A DNA stretch of 63,536 nt, the filler included. It is 8 parts of 8 records of this genome, joined end to end, with 100 filler letters (N's around TTAATTAATTAA, not from the genome) between each part and the next. Parts side by side here need not be neighbours in the genome. Positions count along the whole stretch, not along the records: positions 1 to 18,115 come from SRR11831585_519; positions 18,216 to 23,487 come from SRR11831585_525; 6 more parts are not named here. One strand, written 5' to 3'. This document shows positions 9,360 to 21,200 of this stretch, piece by piece. A program made the position numbers and the translations under genes. Within the stretch, counting starts at the first letter, position 1, and each line of letters opens with the position of its first letter. The notes beneath the pieces were generated by a model. That model was not told the DNA's origin. It did not search any database and saw nothing but the letters and a program-made list of their open reading frames with translations.

Positions 9360-10760
9360 ATGTCTGATATAAACCATGCAGGTTCTGACCTTATATTTGA
9401 ACTGGAGGATCGCCCTCCCTTTCATCAGGCTCTCGTTGGTGCCATTACCCATCTGTTGGCAATTTTCGTTCCGATGGTAACCCCCGCGTTAATCGTGGGT
9501 GCGGCCTTACAGCTTTCCGCTGAAACAACTGCCTATCTTGTTTCTATGGCGATGATCGCCTCTGGTATTGGTACCTGGTTACAAGTAAACCGCTACGGCA
9601 TCGTCGGTTCTGGCCTACTCTCAATTCAGTCAGTCAATTTTTCATTTGTTACGGTCATGATTGCGCTGGGCAGCAGCATGAAAAGCGACGGTTTTCACGA
9701 AGAGTTAATCATGTCGTCGCTTCTCGGCGTCTCCTTCGTTGGCGCATTTCTGGTTGTCGGATCTTCATTTATCTTGCCCTATTTACGTCGGGTTATTACG
9801 CCTACCGTCAGCGGTATTGTGGTACTGATGATCGGCTTAAGCCTGATTAAAGTCGGCATTATCGATTTTGGTGGAGGATTTGCAGCCAAAAGCAGCGGTA
9901 CGTTCGGCAATTACGAACATCTCGGCGTTGGTTTATTGGTTTTAATTGTGGTGATCGGCTTTAACTGCTGTCGCAGTCCGTTGCTACGCATGGGAGGGAT
10001 CGCCATTGGGCTATGTGTCGGCTATATCGCATCGTTATGCCTGGGCATGGTGGATTTCAGCAGTATGCGCAATTTGCCGTTAATCACCATCCCGCATCCG
10101 TTCAAATACGGCTTTAGTTTTAGCTTCCATCAGTTCCTGGTGGTTGGCACGATTTATCTGCTTAGCGTGCTGGAAGCAGTCGGCGATATCACCGCCACGG
10201 CAATGGTTTCCCGCCGCCCCATTCAGGGGGAAGAGTATCAGTCCCGGCTGAAAGGCGGCGTGCTGGCAGATGGTCTGGTTTCTGTTATCGCCTCCGCTGT
10301 CGGTTCATTACCATTAACCACGTTTGCGCAAAATAATGGGGTTATTCAGATGACTGGCGTCGCTTCACGTTATGTCGGGCGAACCATCGCGGTAATGCTG
10401 GTTATCCTCGGCTTATTTCCGATGATTGGCGGCTTCTTCACGACCATTCCCTCGGCAGTTCTGGGAGGCGCAATGACGTTGATGTTTTCCATGATTGCCA
10501 TCGCAGGGATTCGCATCATCATCACCAACGGTTTAAAGCGCCGTGAAACACTTATTGTCGCCACTTCTTTAGGTTTAGGGCTTGGCGTCTCCTACGATCC
10601 CGAAATTTTTAAAATATTGCCAGCCTCTATTTATGTATTAGTTGAAAACCCTATTTGTGCTGGCGGGTTAACTGCGATTTTATTAAATATTATCCTCCCT
10701 GGTGGCTACCGACAGGAAAACGTTCTGCCTGGTATTACCTCAGCGGAAGAGATGGATTAA
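9360..10760 (+). CDS. xanQ: Xanthine:H+ symporter (NAT/NCS2 family)
   Basis: ATG at 9360 gives 466 aa; NAT signature QNNGVIQMTG. Confidence 0.96.
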   Translation: MSDINHAGSDLIFELEDRPPFHQALVGAITHLLAIFVPMVTPALIVGAALQLSAETTAYLVSMAMIASGIGTWLQVNRYGIVGSGLLSIQSVNFSFVTVMIALGSSMKSDGFHEELIMSSLLGVSFVGAFLVVGSSFILPYLRRVITPTVSGIVVLMIGLSLIKVGIIDFGGGFAAKSSGTFGNYEHLGVGLLVLIVVIGFNCCRSPLLRMGGIAIGLCVGYIASLCLGMVDFSSMRNLPLITIPHPFKYGFSFSFHQFLVVGTIYLLSVLEAVGDITATAMVSRRPIQGEEYQSRLKGGVLADGLVSVIASAVGSLPLTTFAQNNGVIQMTGVASRYVGRTIAVMLVILGLFPMIGGFFTTIPSAVLGGAMTLMFSMIAIAGIRIIITNGLKRRETLIVATSLGLGLGVSYDPEIFKILPASIYVLVENPICAGGLTAILLNIILPGGYRQENVLPGITSAEEMD

Positions 10761-10774
10761 CAGTAAAGGAGTCA

Positions 10775-12094
10775 ATGATGTCAGGAGAACACACGTTAAA
10801 AGCGGTACGAGGCAGTTTTATTGATGTCACCCGTACGATCGATAACCCGGAAGAGATTGCCTCTGCGCTGCGGTTTATTGAGGATGGTTTATTACTCATT
10901 AAACAGGGAAAAGTGGAATGGTTTGGCGAATGGGAAAACGGAAAGCATCAAATTCCTGACACCATTCGCGTGCGCGACTATCGCGGCAAACTGATAGTAC
11001 CGGGCTTTGTCGATACACATATCCATTATCCGCAAAGTGAAATGGTGGGGGCCTATGGTGAGCAATTGCTGGAGTGGTTGAATAAACACACCTTCCCTAC
11101 TGAACGTCGTTATGAGGATTTAGAGTACGCCCGCGAAATGTCGGCGTTCTTCATCAAGCAGCTTTTACGTAACGGAACCACCACGGCGCTGGTGTTTGGC
11201 ACTGTTCATCCGCAATCTGTTGATGCGCTGTTTGAAGCCGCCAGTCATATCAATATGCGTATGATTGCCGGTAAGGTGATGATGGACCGCAACGCACCGG
11301 ATTATCTGCTCGACACTGCCGAAAGCAGCTATCACCAAAGCAAAGAACTGATCGAACGCTGGCACAAAAATGGTCGTCTGCTATATGCGATTACGCCACG
11401 CTTCGCCCCGACCTCATCTCCTGAACAGATGGCGATGGCGCAACGCCTGAAAGAAGAATATCCGGATACGTGGGTACATACCCATCTCTGTGAAAACAAA
11501 GATGAAATTGCCTGGGTGAAATCGCTTTATCCTGACCATGATGGTTATCTGGATGTTTACCATCAGTACGGCCTGACCGGTAAAAACTGTGTCTTTGCTC
11601 ACTGCGTCCATCTCGAAGAAAAAGAGTGGGATCGTCTCAGCGAAACCAAATCCAGCATTGCTTTCTGTCCGACCTCCAACCTTTACCTCGGCAGCGGCTT
11701 ATTCAACTTGAAAAAAGCATGGCAGAAGAAAGTTAAAGTGGGCATGGGAACGGATATCGGTGCCGGAACCACTTTCAACATGCTGCAAACGCTGAACGAA
11801 GCCTACAAAGTATTGCAATTACAAGGCTATCGCCTCTCGGCATATGAAGCGTTTTACCTGGCCACGCTCGGCGGAGCGAAATCTCTGGGCCTTGACGATT
11901 TGATTGGCAACTTTTTACCTGGCAAAGAGGCTGATTTCGTGGTGATGGAACCCACCGCCACTCCGCTACAGCAGCTGCGCTATGACAACTCTGTTTCTTT
12001 AGTCGACAAATTGTTCGTGATGATGACGTTGGGCGATGACCGTTCGATCTACCGCACCTACGTTGATGGTCGTCTGGTGTACGAACGCAACTAA
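10775..12094 (+). CDS. guaD: Guanine deaminase
   Basis: ATG at 10775 after AAGGAG gives 439 aa; DTHIH, HTHLCE and GTDIGAG motifs. Confidence 0.97.
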   Translation: MMSGEHTLKAVRGSFIDVTRTIDNPEEIASALRFIEDGLLLIKQGKVEWFGEWENGKHQIPDTIRVRDYRGKLIVPGFVDTHIHYPQSEMVGAYGEQLLEWLNKHTFPTERRYEDLEYAREMSAFFIKQLLRNGTTTALVFGTVHPQSVDALFEAASHINMRMIAGKVMMDRNAPDYLLDTAESSYHQSKELIERWHKNGRLLYAITPRFAPTSSPEQMAMAQRLKEEYPDTWVHTHLCENKDEIAWVKSLYPDHDGYLDVYHQYGLTGKNCVFAHCVHLEEKEWDRLSETKSSIAFCPTSNLYLGSGLFNLKKAWQKKVKVGMGTDIGAGTTFNMLQTLNEAYKVLQLQGYRLSAYEAFYLATLGGAKSLGLDDLIGNFLPGKEADFVVMEPTATPLQQLRYDNSVSLVDKLFVMMTLGDDRSIYRTYVDGRLVYERN

Positions 12095-12129
12095 TAATAA
12101 AACTTTAACATCCTCGTGAGGACATCATT

Positions 12130-13497
12130 ATGTCTGGAGACATCCTACAAACACCGGACGCACCAAAGCCACAGGGCGCGCTGGATAATTATTTTAAAAT
12201 TACCGCTCGTGGCAGTACCGTTCGTCAGGAAGTACTGGCTGGCTTAACGACCTTTCTGGCCATGGTTTATTCCGTTATCGTCGTTCCGGGAATGCTGGGC
12301 AAAGCAGGTTTTCCTCCCGCAGCTGTGTTTGTTGCCACCTGTCTGGTCGCGGGCTTCGGCTCGTTGCTGATGGGATTATGGGCTAATTTGCCAATGGCGA
12401 TTGGTTGCGCGATTTCCTTGACGGCGTTTACCGCATTCAGTCTGGTACTCGGGCAACAAATTAGCGTTCCTGTCGCACTGGGCGCGGTATTTCTGATGGG
12501 CGTCATCTTCACCGCCATTTCCGTAACCGGTGTGCGTACCTGGATCTTACGTAATTTGCCGATGGGTATCGCTCACGGTACAGGTATCGGTATCGGGCTG
12601 TTTCTGCTGCTGATTGCTGCTAACGGTGTGGGTATGGTTATCAAAAACCCGATTGAAGGCTTGCCAGTGGCGCTCGGTGCGTTTACCTCCTTCCCGGTGA
12701 TGATGAGCTTGCTGGGGCTGGCGGTCATCTTCGGCCTGGAGAAGTGTCGCGTACCCGGCGGGATCTTGTTGGTGATTATTGCAATTTCGATCATCGGCTT
12801 AATCTTTGACCCAGCGGTGAAATACCACGGTCTGGTGGCGATGCCAAGCCTGACTGGCGAAGATGGTAAGTCTCTGATTTTCAGCCTCGATATTATGGGT
12901 GCACTCCAGCCAACTGTACTTCCGAGTGTACTGGCATTGGTGATGACCGCAGTGTTCGACGCTACTGGCACCATCCGTGCCGTCGCCGGTCAGGCGAATT
13001 TGTTGGATAAAGACAACCAGATCATCAACGGCGGCAAAGCCCTGACCAGTGACTCAGTAAGTTCAATATTCTCCGGCCTGGTGGGCGCAGCGCCCGCAGC
13101 GGTTTATATCGAATCAGCGGCAGGAACCGCCGCCGGGGGTAAAACAGGTTTAACCGCAACCGTAGTGGGGGCGTTATTCCTGTTAATTCTGTTTTTATCA
13201 CCGCTGTCATTTTTGATCCCTGGTTACGCCACTGCACCCGCTCTGATGTACGTAGGTTTGCTGATGTTAAGTAACGTCTCGAAGCTGGATTTCAATGATT
13301 TTATTGACGCTATGGCTGGCCTGGTGTGTGCCGTGTTCATCGTTCTGACTTGTAATATCGTTACCGGTATTATGCTGGGCTTTGTGACACTGGTCGTAGG
13401 CCGCGTCTTTGCACGCGAATGGCAAAAGCTGAATATTGGTACGGTGATCATTACTGCCGCACTGGTCGCATTTTACGCGGGTGGTTGGGCAATCTAA
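12130..13497 (+). CDS. ghxQ: Guanine/hypoxanthine permease (AzgA-like NCS2)
   Basis: 455 aa membrane protein; [11 protein letters not shown] and YIESAAG motifs. Confidence 0.95.
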   Translation: MSGDILQTPDAPKPQGALDNYFKITARGSTVRQEVLAGLTTFLAMVYSVIVVPGMLGKAGFPPAAVFVATCLVAGFGSLLMGLWANLPMAIGCAISLTAFTAFSLVLGQQISVPVALGAVFLMGVIFTAISVTGVRTWILRNLPMGIAHGTGIGIGLFLLLIAANGVGMVIKNPIEGLPVALGAFTSFPVMMSLLGLAVIFGLEKCRVPGGILLVIIAISIIGLIFDPAVKYHGLVAMPSLTGEDGKSLIFSLDIMGALQPTVLPSVLALVMTAVFDATGTIRAVAGQANLLDKDNQIINGGKALTSDSVSSIFSGLVGAAPAAVYIESAAGTAAGGKTGLTATVVGALFLLILFLSPLSFLIPGYATAPALMYVGLLMLSNVSKLDFNDFIDAMAGLVCAVFIVLTCNIVTGIMLGFVTLVVGRVFAREWQKLNIGTVIITAALVAFYAGGWAI

Positions 13498-13502
13498 TAG
13501 AT

Positions 13503-13532
13503 TCTCCGCGCCTTTCAGCGCGGAGATTTCTT
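13503..13532. terminator. Hairpin between convergent ghxQ and ygfS
   Basis: TCTCCGCGC-CTTTCA-GCGCGGAGA followed by TTTCTT. Confidence 0.6.
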
Positions 13533-14021
13533 TCAGAGAGGATTCTCACCGCTGACAACAATACGCTGCTGGCGGACTCGCCTGAGTTCTCTTTCAGTAA
13601 GCAACTGCAGCGCCTGTGTTGGGCAAGATTCAACGCAGGCTGGCCCCTCTTCCCGCTGTTCACAGAGATCGCATTTCACAATTTGTTGTCGGGTATCCCC
13701 CGGCAACGACTGAATGGTGATCATTCCAAACGGGCACGCACTGACGCAACTCTGACAGCCAATACAACGGGCAGAATTGGTCTGCACCACCTGCTCGCCC
13801 ATCGTCAGCGCCCCCACGGGGCAAGCGCCAACACAAGGGGCGTTTTCACACTGATGGCACATCACCGGCGCACTGATGCTGTCCAGTCGCTGTACCTTCA
13901 GCCGGGGTAAAAAGACATCGGCATTCAACTCCTGTTCTGAAGGGTGAGCGACCACACAGGCTACTTCACAAGTACGGCAGCCAATACAGTCAGCCGGATT
14001 AACGATAATTAACGATTTCAT
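13533..14021 (-). CDS. ygfS: 4Fe-4S ferredoxin-type electron transfer protein (HydN-like)
   Basis: 162 aa from ATG at 14021 (TGATG coupling to uacF); four CxxCxxC/CxxC..CP motifs. Confidence 0.95.
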   Translation of the reverse strand: MKSLIIVNPADCIGCRTCEVACVVAHPSEQELNADVFLPRLKVQRLDSISAPVMCHQCENAPCVGACPVGALTMGEQVVQTNSARCIGCQSCVSACPFGMITIQSLPGDTRQQIVKCDLCEQREEGPACVESCPTQALQLLTERELRRVRQQRIVVSGENPL

Positions 14022-15940
14022 CACGATGCCTTCGTATCAAACAGAGTTAACATATCGCGCGCCGCCTGCCTTCCTGCGGCCATTGCAGTGACAACCAGAT
14101 CCGCGCCATGAACTGCATCACCACCAGCAAAGACTTTTTTCAGATGCGTCTGGGTAGGTAAATACCCGACGTCACCGGTTTGAATCAGGCCCCATTTATC
14201 GAGTTTAATTCCGCTGCCCTGCAACCACGGCATGGCATGCGCCTGGAAACCAAAGGCCATAATCAGAACATCGGCGGGCAATTCAAACTCTGAACCCGCT
14301 ACCGGACGAGGACGACGGCGACCATCCGGCCCCGGCTCACCCATGGCGGTACGAATCAGGCCCACCGCAGTTAAACGCCCATCTTCGTCACAAGCGATAT
14401 ATTGCGGTTGAACATTGAACTGAAACTCGACACCTTCCTCGCGCGCATTAACCACCTCTTTGCGCGAGCCCGGCATACTGACTTCATCACGACGATACGC
14501 GCAGGTCACGCTGGCGGCATTGAGGCGGATGGAAGTCCGCAAACAATCCATTGTCGTATCGCCACCGCCCAATACCACGACTCGCTTACCTTCCACGTCC
14601 GTCAGCGGATACTCTTCAGACTCCGGCAATCCCATGAGCTGGCGGGTATGGGCAGTCAGGAACGGTAGAGCCTGAATGACACCGGGCGCATCTTCATGCG
14701 GCAGATCTGCTCGCATCATCCCGTAAGTCCCCACGCCGATGAAAACTGCATCATATTCAGAAGTTAAATCGCTAAAGGTAATATCGCGGCCAATTTCACA
14801 GTTAAGATGAAAGTCGATTCCCATTGCGGTGAATATCTCTCGCCGCTGGCTTAATACCGTTTTATCGAGTTTGAAAGGAGGAATGCCAAAAGTCAGCATA
14901 CCGCCAATTTCTGGATGGCGATCAAAGACATCGACCTGAACTCCTGCGCGCGCCAGAATATCAGCACACCCTAACCCTGCAGGCCCAGCGCCAATCACCG
15001 CCACTTTTTCGCTACGGGGAACAACTTTGCTGACATCGGGACGCCAGCCCATCGCCAGCGCGGTATCGGTGATGTAGCGTTCCAGATTACCGATAGAGAC
15101 TGCGCCCGAGTGATCTTTCAAAGTACATGCGCCTTCACAAAGACGGTCCTGTGGACATACCCTGCCGCAAATTTCTGGTAAGGAACTGGTCTGGTGGCAA
15201 AGTTCTGCCGCTTCAATAATCTTTCCTTCCTGTACCAGACGGATGTAATCCGGAATAGCGTTATGCAGCGGGCAATGCCAGTTGCAGTTAGCTTTTTCGG
15301 CACAATAAACACAGCGGTCACTCTCATAAGTCGCTTGTTGTGGATCCAGCCCGCAATATATTTCGCCAAAGTGGGTTTTCCGTTCACTCGCTGAAATTTT
15401 ATCTGCGCCTTTACGCGAGTTAACGGGGAGCAACGCTGCACTGCGAGATGGCTGAGCGTCTGATGACGCTTTTCCTGCTGCCGTTTTGCGCTGGCGGGCC
15501 ACCTTTATCTGCTGCAACCCTTTATCGTCCATCAGTCGTAACGCCTGTGTTGGGCAAACTTCAATACAGGCTTGCGTGCCGGAACTGCGCTGGTTACAAA
15601 GGTCGCATTTCTGCGCAATCGTATCGACCATCTCAACGACGCCAAAGGGGCAAGCGATTGCGCATCTTTTACAACCAATACATTTTTGCTCGTCCAGTTG
15701 TACGCTATCGGACTGGAAAGTCAGAGCATTAACCGGACAAGCCGTAACGCAAGGGGCATTGTTGCAGTGATGGCAGGCCACCGGATTCGCAGCCTGGCCT
15801 TTCCCTACAACGTGGATACGCGGTCGAAAGTCACTGTGACTCAGCGGCCAGTTTTCTTGATTGTGTGCCACCGCACAGGCAATTTCACAAGCATGACAGC
15901 CTATACATTCCGCAGCTTCAGCAGCAATAAACTTATTCAT
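14021..15940 (-). CDS. uacF: AegA-like ferredoxin/GltD-fusion oxidoreductase YgfT (UacF)
   Basis: 639 aa from ATG at 15940; N-terminal HydN-like Cys motifs, GAGPAG and GGGDTTMD motifs. Confidence 0.94.
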   Translation of the reverse strand: MNKFIAAEAAECIGCHACEIACAVAHNQENWPLSHSDFRPRIHVVGKGQAANPVACHHCNNAPCVTACPVNALTFQSDSVQLDEQKCIGCKRCAIACPFGVVEMVDTIAQKCDLCNQRSSGTQACIEVCPTQALRLMDDKGLQQIKVARQRKTAAGKASSDAQPSRSAALLPVNSRKGADKISASERKTHFGEIYCGLDPQQATYESDRCVYCAEKANCNWHCPLHNAIPDYIRLVQEGKIIEAAELCHQTSSLPEICGRVCPQDRLCEGACTLKDHSGAVSIGNLERYITDTALAMGWRPDVSKVVPRSEKVAVIGAGPAGLGCADILARAGVQVDVFDRHPEIGGMLTFGIPPFKLDKTVLSQRREIFTAMGIDFHLNCEIGRDITFSDLTSEYDAVFIGVGTYGMMRADLPHEDAPGVIQALPFLTAHTRQLMGLPESEEYPLTDVEGKRVVVLGGGDTTMDCLRTSIRLNAASVTCAYRRDEVSMPGSRKEVVNAREEGVEFQFNVQPQYIACDEDGRLTAVGLIRTAMGEPGPDGRRRPRPVAGSEFELPADVLIMAFGFQAHAMPWLQGSGIKLDKWGLIQTGDVGYLPTQTHLKKVFAGGDAVHGADLVVTAMAAGRQAARDMLTLFDTKAS

Positions 15941-16291
15941 TTGCATCCCTTTCATTTAATGAGTTATGTCTTCTCAAATTTCGCGATGCAATAAACGGGC
16001 ATATATTAGGTAGCATGACCGTTTTAATTATAATTTTGCGACTGAGTTCAAATTATTGCCCCTCAATCTATGCCGCTTTCATTATTTCAACATTGCCGAT
16101 CAAAAGAGCGCTATCCAGATAAAAACGATTAAATGCGAGAGTGCGACATGCCAGAATGATTAATGAAATATCAATATGAGAAAATTACAGATAATTCCAT
16201 TGTCAGGTTCTCTTCTCATTTTCGTGGTTTAACCACGATTATGTGATTGCCTCCGCAATTCCTGTCTCTAACTCCCCTTCCTCGCAAAAAC

Positions 16292-16308
16292 TGGCACTCC
16301 ACGAGCAT
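16292..16308 (+). promoter_or_regulatory. Candidate sigma54 promoter of uacT
   Basis: TGGCACTCCACGAGCAT: GG(16293-16294)-N10-GC(16305-16306), about 70 bp before the ATG. Confidence 0.55.
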
Positions 16309-16375
16309 GTGTTTAGACAGTTTCATTAACGTAAACGGTTGCTTTTTACTCTGGCGGGCGAAAGGAGAAACACTG

Positions 16376-17824
16376 ATGAGCGCCATAGATTCCCAACTTC
16401 CCTCATCTTCTGGGCAAGACCGCCCAACTGATGAGGTTGACCGCATATTATCACCAGGAAAGCTGATCATACTCGGTCTGCAACACGTCCTTGTCATGTA
16501 CGCAGGTGCAGTCGCTGTTCCTCTTATGATTGGTGACCGACTGGGCCTCTCAAAAGAAGCTATTGCGATGCTCATTAGCTCGGATCTCTTTTGCTGCGGG
16601 ATCGTCACATTATTGCAATGTATCGGTATCGGCCGCTTTATGGGGATCCGCCTGCCGGTGATTATGTCGGTGACCTTTGCTGCTGTAACACCAATGATAG
16701 CCATTGGGATGAACCCGGATATCGGCCTGCTGGGGATATTTGGTGCCACTATCGCCGCGGGTTTTATCACCACATTATTAGCGCCACTTATCGGTCGCTT
16801 GATGCCTTTATTCCCGCCACTGGTTACCGGTGTGGTTATTACTTCTATCGGGCTTAGCATCATTCAGGTGGGTATTGACTGGGCCGCCGGAGGTAAAGGG
16901 AATCCGCAATATGGTAATCCCGTTTATTTAGGTATCTCCTTTGCCGTCTTAATTTTTATCTTGCTCATTACTCGCTATGCGAAAGGATTTATGTCCAACG
17001 TCGCCGTATTACTGGGGATTGTATTTGGCTTTTTACTTTCGTGGATGATGAATGAAGTCAATTTATCCGGGCTACATGATGCTTCATGGTTTGCGATTGT
17101 TACGCCGATGTCGTTTGGTATGCCGATTTTCGATCCCGTTTCCATTCTGACCATGACTGCCGTGTTAATCATCGTGTTTATCGAGTCAATGGGGATGTTC
17201 CTGGCACTGGGTGAAATAGTCGGTCGTAAACTCTCTTCGCACGATATTATTCGCGGGCTGCGTGTCGATGGCGTAGGGACAATGATAGGCGGCACGTTTA
17301 ACAGCTTCCCCCACACGTCATTTTCTCAAAACGTTGGCCTGGTTAGCGTGACGCGCGTTCATAGCCGCTGGGTGTGTATTTCTTCGGGAATTATATTAAT
17401 CCTGTTTGGCATGGTGCCAAAAATGGCGGTGCTGGTAGCCTCCATTCCGCAATTTGTGCTGGGCGGCGCTGGTCTAGTGATGTTCGGCATGGTACTGGCG
17501 ACAGGGATTCGAATTCTGTCGCGCTGTAACTACACCACCAACCGTTACAACCTCTATATTGTGGCGATCAGTCTCGGCGTTGGCATGACTCCGACGCTCT
17601 CTCACGATTTCTTTTCTAAGTTACCGGCCGTACTGCAACCGCTGCTACATAGCGGCATTATGCTCGCAACCCTTAGCGCCGTTGTGCTGAACGTCTTCTT
17701 TAATGGCTATCAGCATCATGCTGACCTGGTGAAGGAATCCGTCTCTGATAAAGATTTAAAAGTCAGGACAGTACGTATGTGGCTTCTGATGCGCAAGCTG
17801 AAGAAAAATGAGCATGGAGAATAA
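16376..17824 (+). CDS. uacT: Urate:H+ symporter (NAT/NCS2 family)
   Basis: ATG at 16376 after AAGGAG gives 482 aa; LQH motif and QNVGLVSVT signature. Confidence 0.96.
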   Translation: MSAIDSQLPSSSGQDRPTDEVDRILSPGKLIILGLQHVLVMYAGAVAVPLMIGDRLGLSKEAIAMLISSDLFCCGIVTLLQCIGIGRFMGIRLPVIMSVTFAAVTPMIAIGMNPDIGLLGIFGATIAAGFITTLLAPLIGRLMPLFPPLVTGVVITSIGLSIIQVGIDWAAGGKGNPQYGNPVYLGISFAVLIFILLITRYAKGFMSNVAVLLGIVFGFLLSWMMNEVNLSGLHDASWFAIVTPMSFGMPIFDPVSILTMTAVLIIVFIESMGMFLALGEIVGRKLSSHDIIRGLRVDGVGTMIGGTFNSFPHTSFSQNVGLVSVTRVHSRWVCISSGIILILFGMVPKMAVLVASIPQFVLGGAGLVMFGMVLATGIRILSRCNYTTNRYNLYIVAISLGVGMTPTLSHDFFSKLPAVLQPLLHSGIMLATLSAVVLNVFFNGYQHHADLVKESVSDKDLKVRTVRMWLLMRKLKKNEHGE

Positions 17825-17825
17825 T

Positions 17826-17951
17826 ATGAATTTTTTAATGCGCGCTATATTCAGTCTGTTGTTGCTTTTTACTCTCTCTATTCCTGTCATTTCTGACTGT
17901 GTTGCAATGGCCATTGAAAGTCGCTTCAAATATATGATGCTACTTTTTTAA
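17826..17951 (+). CDS. yqfG: Small 41-aa protein YqfG
   Basis: Manual translation MNFLMRAIFSLLLLFTLSIPVISDCVAMAIESRFKYMMLLF; GGAG upstream; below the ORF-track cutoff. Confidence 0.8.
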   Translation: MNFLMRAIFSLLLLFTLSIPVISDCVAMAIESRFKYMMLLF

Positions 17952-18073
17952 ATGGTTTTTACCTGTCGGCATCCGCTCAAAACGGGCGGTTGTCGATAAA
18001 CGCTCACTTGGTTAATCATTTCACTCTTCAATTATCTATAATGATGAGTGATCAGAATTACATGTGAGAAATT

Positions 18074-18115
18074 ATGCAAACGGAACACGTCATTTTATTG
18101 AATGCACAGGGAGTT
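18074..18115 (+). CDS. idi: Isopentenyl-diphosphate isomerase, first 14 codons (contig end)
   Basis: MQTEHVILLNAQGV matches the Idi N-terminus; expected position after yqfG. Confidence 0.85.
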
Positions 18116-18215
18116 NNNNNNNNNNNNNNNNNNNNNNNNNNNNNNNNNNNNNNNNNNNNTTAATTAATTAANNNNNNNNNNNNNNNNNNNNNNNNNNNNN
18201 NNNNNNNNNNNNNNN
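18116..18215. other. Artificial contig spacer
   Basis: 44 N + TTAATTAATTAA (stop codons in all six frames) + 44 N. Confidence 0.99.
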
Positions 18216-21200
18216 ACTGTCGCGCTCATCCACCAGCGCCGGCCACGCCTTCACTTTGTAGTTGCCACGCTTCTGTTCGTAGCTTTCCGGCAGCTGACCA
18301 AAACTCCAGATATGTAAGCCGCTCTGCTCGATACCGTCATCCGCCACCGCAGATAGCGTTTCCTGCACTTTGCCTTTCAGCGCATCTTTCAGATCTTGTA
18401 GCGAGCGCCCTTCTTTTAGCTTCTTGTTTTTGTCATCCACCACGCGGAAGGTAATTTTCAGGTGATCGGGCACCTGATCCCAGTGCCAGTCTTCGCGGTC
18501 AACGGTAACGCCGGTCATCCGCCGTAACTCGCGCTCAAGGCTGTCGAGCAACGGTAACTCCAGCGGTTTGACGCGGCCTAAAAACGCTTCGGCATAGTTT
18601 GGCGCGGGTACAAAATTACGGCGTACCGGTTTCGGCAACGATTTAATCAGAGCAATCACCAGTTCGCGGCGCAGACCGGGGATCTGCCATTCAAACCCGC
18701 TTTCCTCAACCTGGTTAAGTAACGGCAGCGGAATATGTACGGTCACACCGTCAGCATCCGCGCCGGGCTCAAACTGATAGCTCAAACGCAGCTTGAGATT
18801 GCCCTGATGCCAGAAGTTCGGGTAATCCAGCTTGCTGATTTTTTCTGCGCCCTCTTTGATCAACATGCTTTTTTCAAAGTTGAGCAAATCAGGCGTTTCG
18901 CGGCTGACTTTTTTCCACCAGCTGTCGAAGTGGCGAGCGGAGATTACATCGTGGCTGATGCGCTGGTCGTAGAACTCAAACAACGTTTCGTCATCAACCA
19001 GAATATCGCGGCGACGTGATTTGTGTTCCAGCTCTTCTACTTCCGCCCGTAGTTTCAGGTTTTCACGGAAGAATGCGTGACGCGTCTGCCAGTCACCTTC
19101 CACCAGCGCGTGGCGAATAAAGAGTTCACGACATAACGCCGGATCGATCTGGCTGTAGTTGACCTTGCGCGCGGCAACAATCGGCAAACCATAAACAGTG
19201 ACTTTTTCCGTTGCCATCACCGCGCCCTGCGCCCGTTCCCAGTGCGGTTCGCTGTAGGTGCGTTTAATCAAATGCTGAGCAACTGGCTCCACCCATTCCG
19301 GGTCGATACGCGCAGCAATGCGCCCCCACAGGCGGCTGGTTTCTACCAGTTCCGCCACCATTACCCATTTAGGCGGTTTTTTGAATAAACCAGAACCGGG
19401 GAAGATGGAGAAACGCGCGTTACGTGCGCCGGTATATTCTTGTTTATCGGCATCTTTCATGCCGATATGGGAAAGTAAACCGGTCAGCAACGCAATGTGA
19501 ATTTCGCGATACTCCGCCGGTTCGCTGTTAACCGGAATGCCAAGTTCTTTCACCACCTGACGCAACTGGGTGTAGATATCCTGCCATTCGCGCACGCGCA
19601 GATAGTTGAGATAATCGGTACGACACAGGCGACGGAAGGCGTTGGAAGAAAGCGCCTTTTGCTGCTCGCCAAGATAATTCCACAGATTCACAAACGCGAG
19701 AAAGTCAGACTCTTTGTCGTGGAAGCGACGATGTTTTTCGTCCGATGCCTGCTGTTTGTCCATCGGACGTTCGCGCGGATCCTGAATGGAGAGCGCGGAC
19801 GTGATAATCATCGCCTCACGCACGCAGCCATGTTTTTGCGCTTCCAGCACCATACGCGCCAGACGTGGGTCGACAGGCAACTGCGAGAGCTGGCGACCGA
19901 GCGGCGTCAGTTTATAGGCGCTGGCCTGTTCATCAGTGGTGATCGCGCCCAGCTCTTCGAGCAGACGCACGCCATCCTGGATATTGCGTTTATCCGGTGC
20001 TTCGACAAACGGGAACGCAGCGATATCGCCCAGCCCCAGCGCGGTCATCTGCAAAATAACCGAGGCCAGGTTGGTACGCAGAATCTCCGGATCGGTAAAC
20101 TCCGGGCGCGAGAGGAAATCGTCTTCGGAATAGAGACGAATACAGATCCCTTCGGACACACGACCACAGCGGCCTTTACGCTGATTGGCAGACGCCTGGG
20201 AAATCGGCTCAATCGGCAAACGCTGCACTTTGGTGCGATAGCTGTAGCGGCTGATACGCGCTGTACCGGGGTCGATAACGTATTTAATCCCCGGTACGGT
20301 CAGCGACGTTTCCGCGACGTTGGTCGCCAGCACAATGCGCCGTCCGCTGTGCGACTGGAATACCCTATTTTGTTCGCTGTTCGAAAGCCGCGCATAAAGC
20401 GGCAAGATTTCGGTATGGCGTAAGTTCAGCTTGTTCAGCGCATCGGCGGTATCGCGGATTTCCCGCTCGCCGCTCATAAAGATCAGAATGTCGCCATGGC
20501 TTTCCTGACTCAGTTCGTCTACGGCGTCAAAAATCGCCTGCAACTGATCGCGCTCGGTGTCATCGGCTTCTTCAACAATCGGGCGATAGCGCACTTCCAC
20601 CGGATAGGTCCGACCGGAGACTTCAATAATCGGCGCATTATTAAAGTGGCGCGAAAAGCGTTCCGGGTCGATAGTCGCGGAAGTGATAATGATTTTTAGG
20701 TCAGGACGCCGCGGCAGCAACTCTTTCAAATAGCCGAGCAAAAAATCGATATTCAGGCTGCGTTCGTGCGCTTCGTCAATAATGATAGTGTCGTACTGCA
20801 TCAGCAGGCGGTCTTGCTGGATCTCCGCCAGCAGGATACCGTCGGTCATCAGCTTGACCATCGTGTTATCACTTACGTGATCGCTGAAACGCACTTTGTA
20901 ACCGATGCAACCGCCCGGCTCCGTTTTCAGCTCTTCCGCAATACGGTTCGCCACTGTTCTTGCCGCCAGACGACGCGGCTGGGTATGGCCGATCAGTCCT
21001 TTAATCCCGCGCCCCAGCTCCATACAGATTTTCGGTAACTGAGTCGTTTTACCAGAACCCGTTTCCCCGGCGACGATCACCACCTGGTGATCACGAATCG
21101 CTTCGAGAATGTCCTGTTTTTTCTGACTAACCGGTAAATTGTCAGGATAAGTAATTTCCGGTCGTGCCGCTTCACGCAGCAGGACTTTCCCTGCCGCCTG

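Noticed and set aside
18160..18171. TTAATTAATTAA repeated seven times as a possible biological repeat or att site
   Set aside because: It is always centred in exactly 88 Ns and is a six-frame stop linker added by an assembly pipeline.
19497..20423. 308-aa ORF antisense to hrpA, and similar shadow ORFs opposite ygfK, acrA, azoR, xylA and pqiB
   Set aside because: Each lies almost entirely opposite a well-established gene and shows no domain signal.
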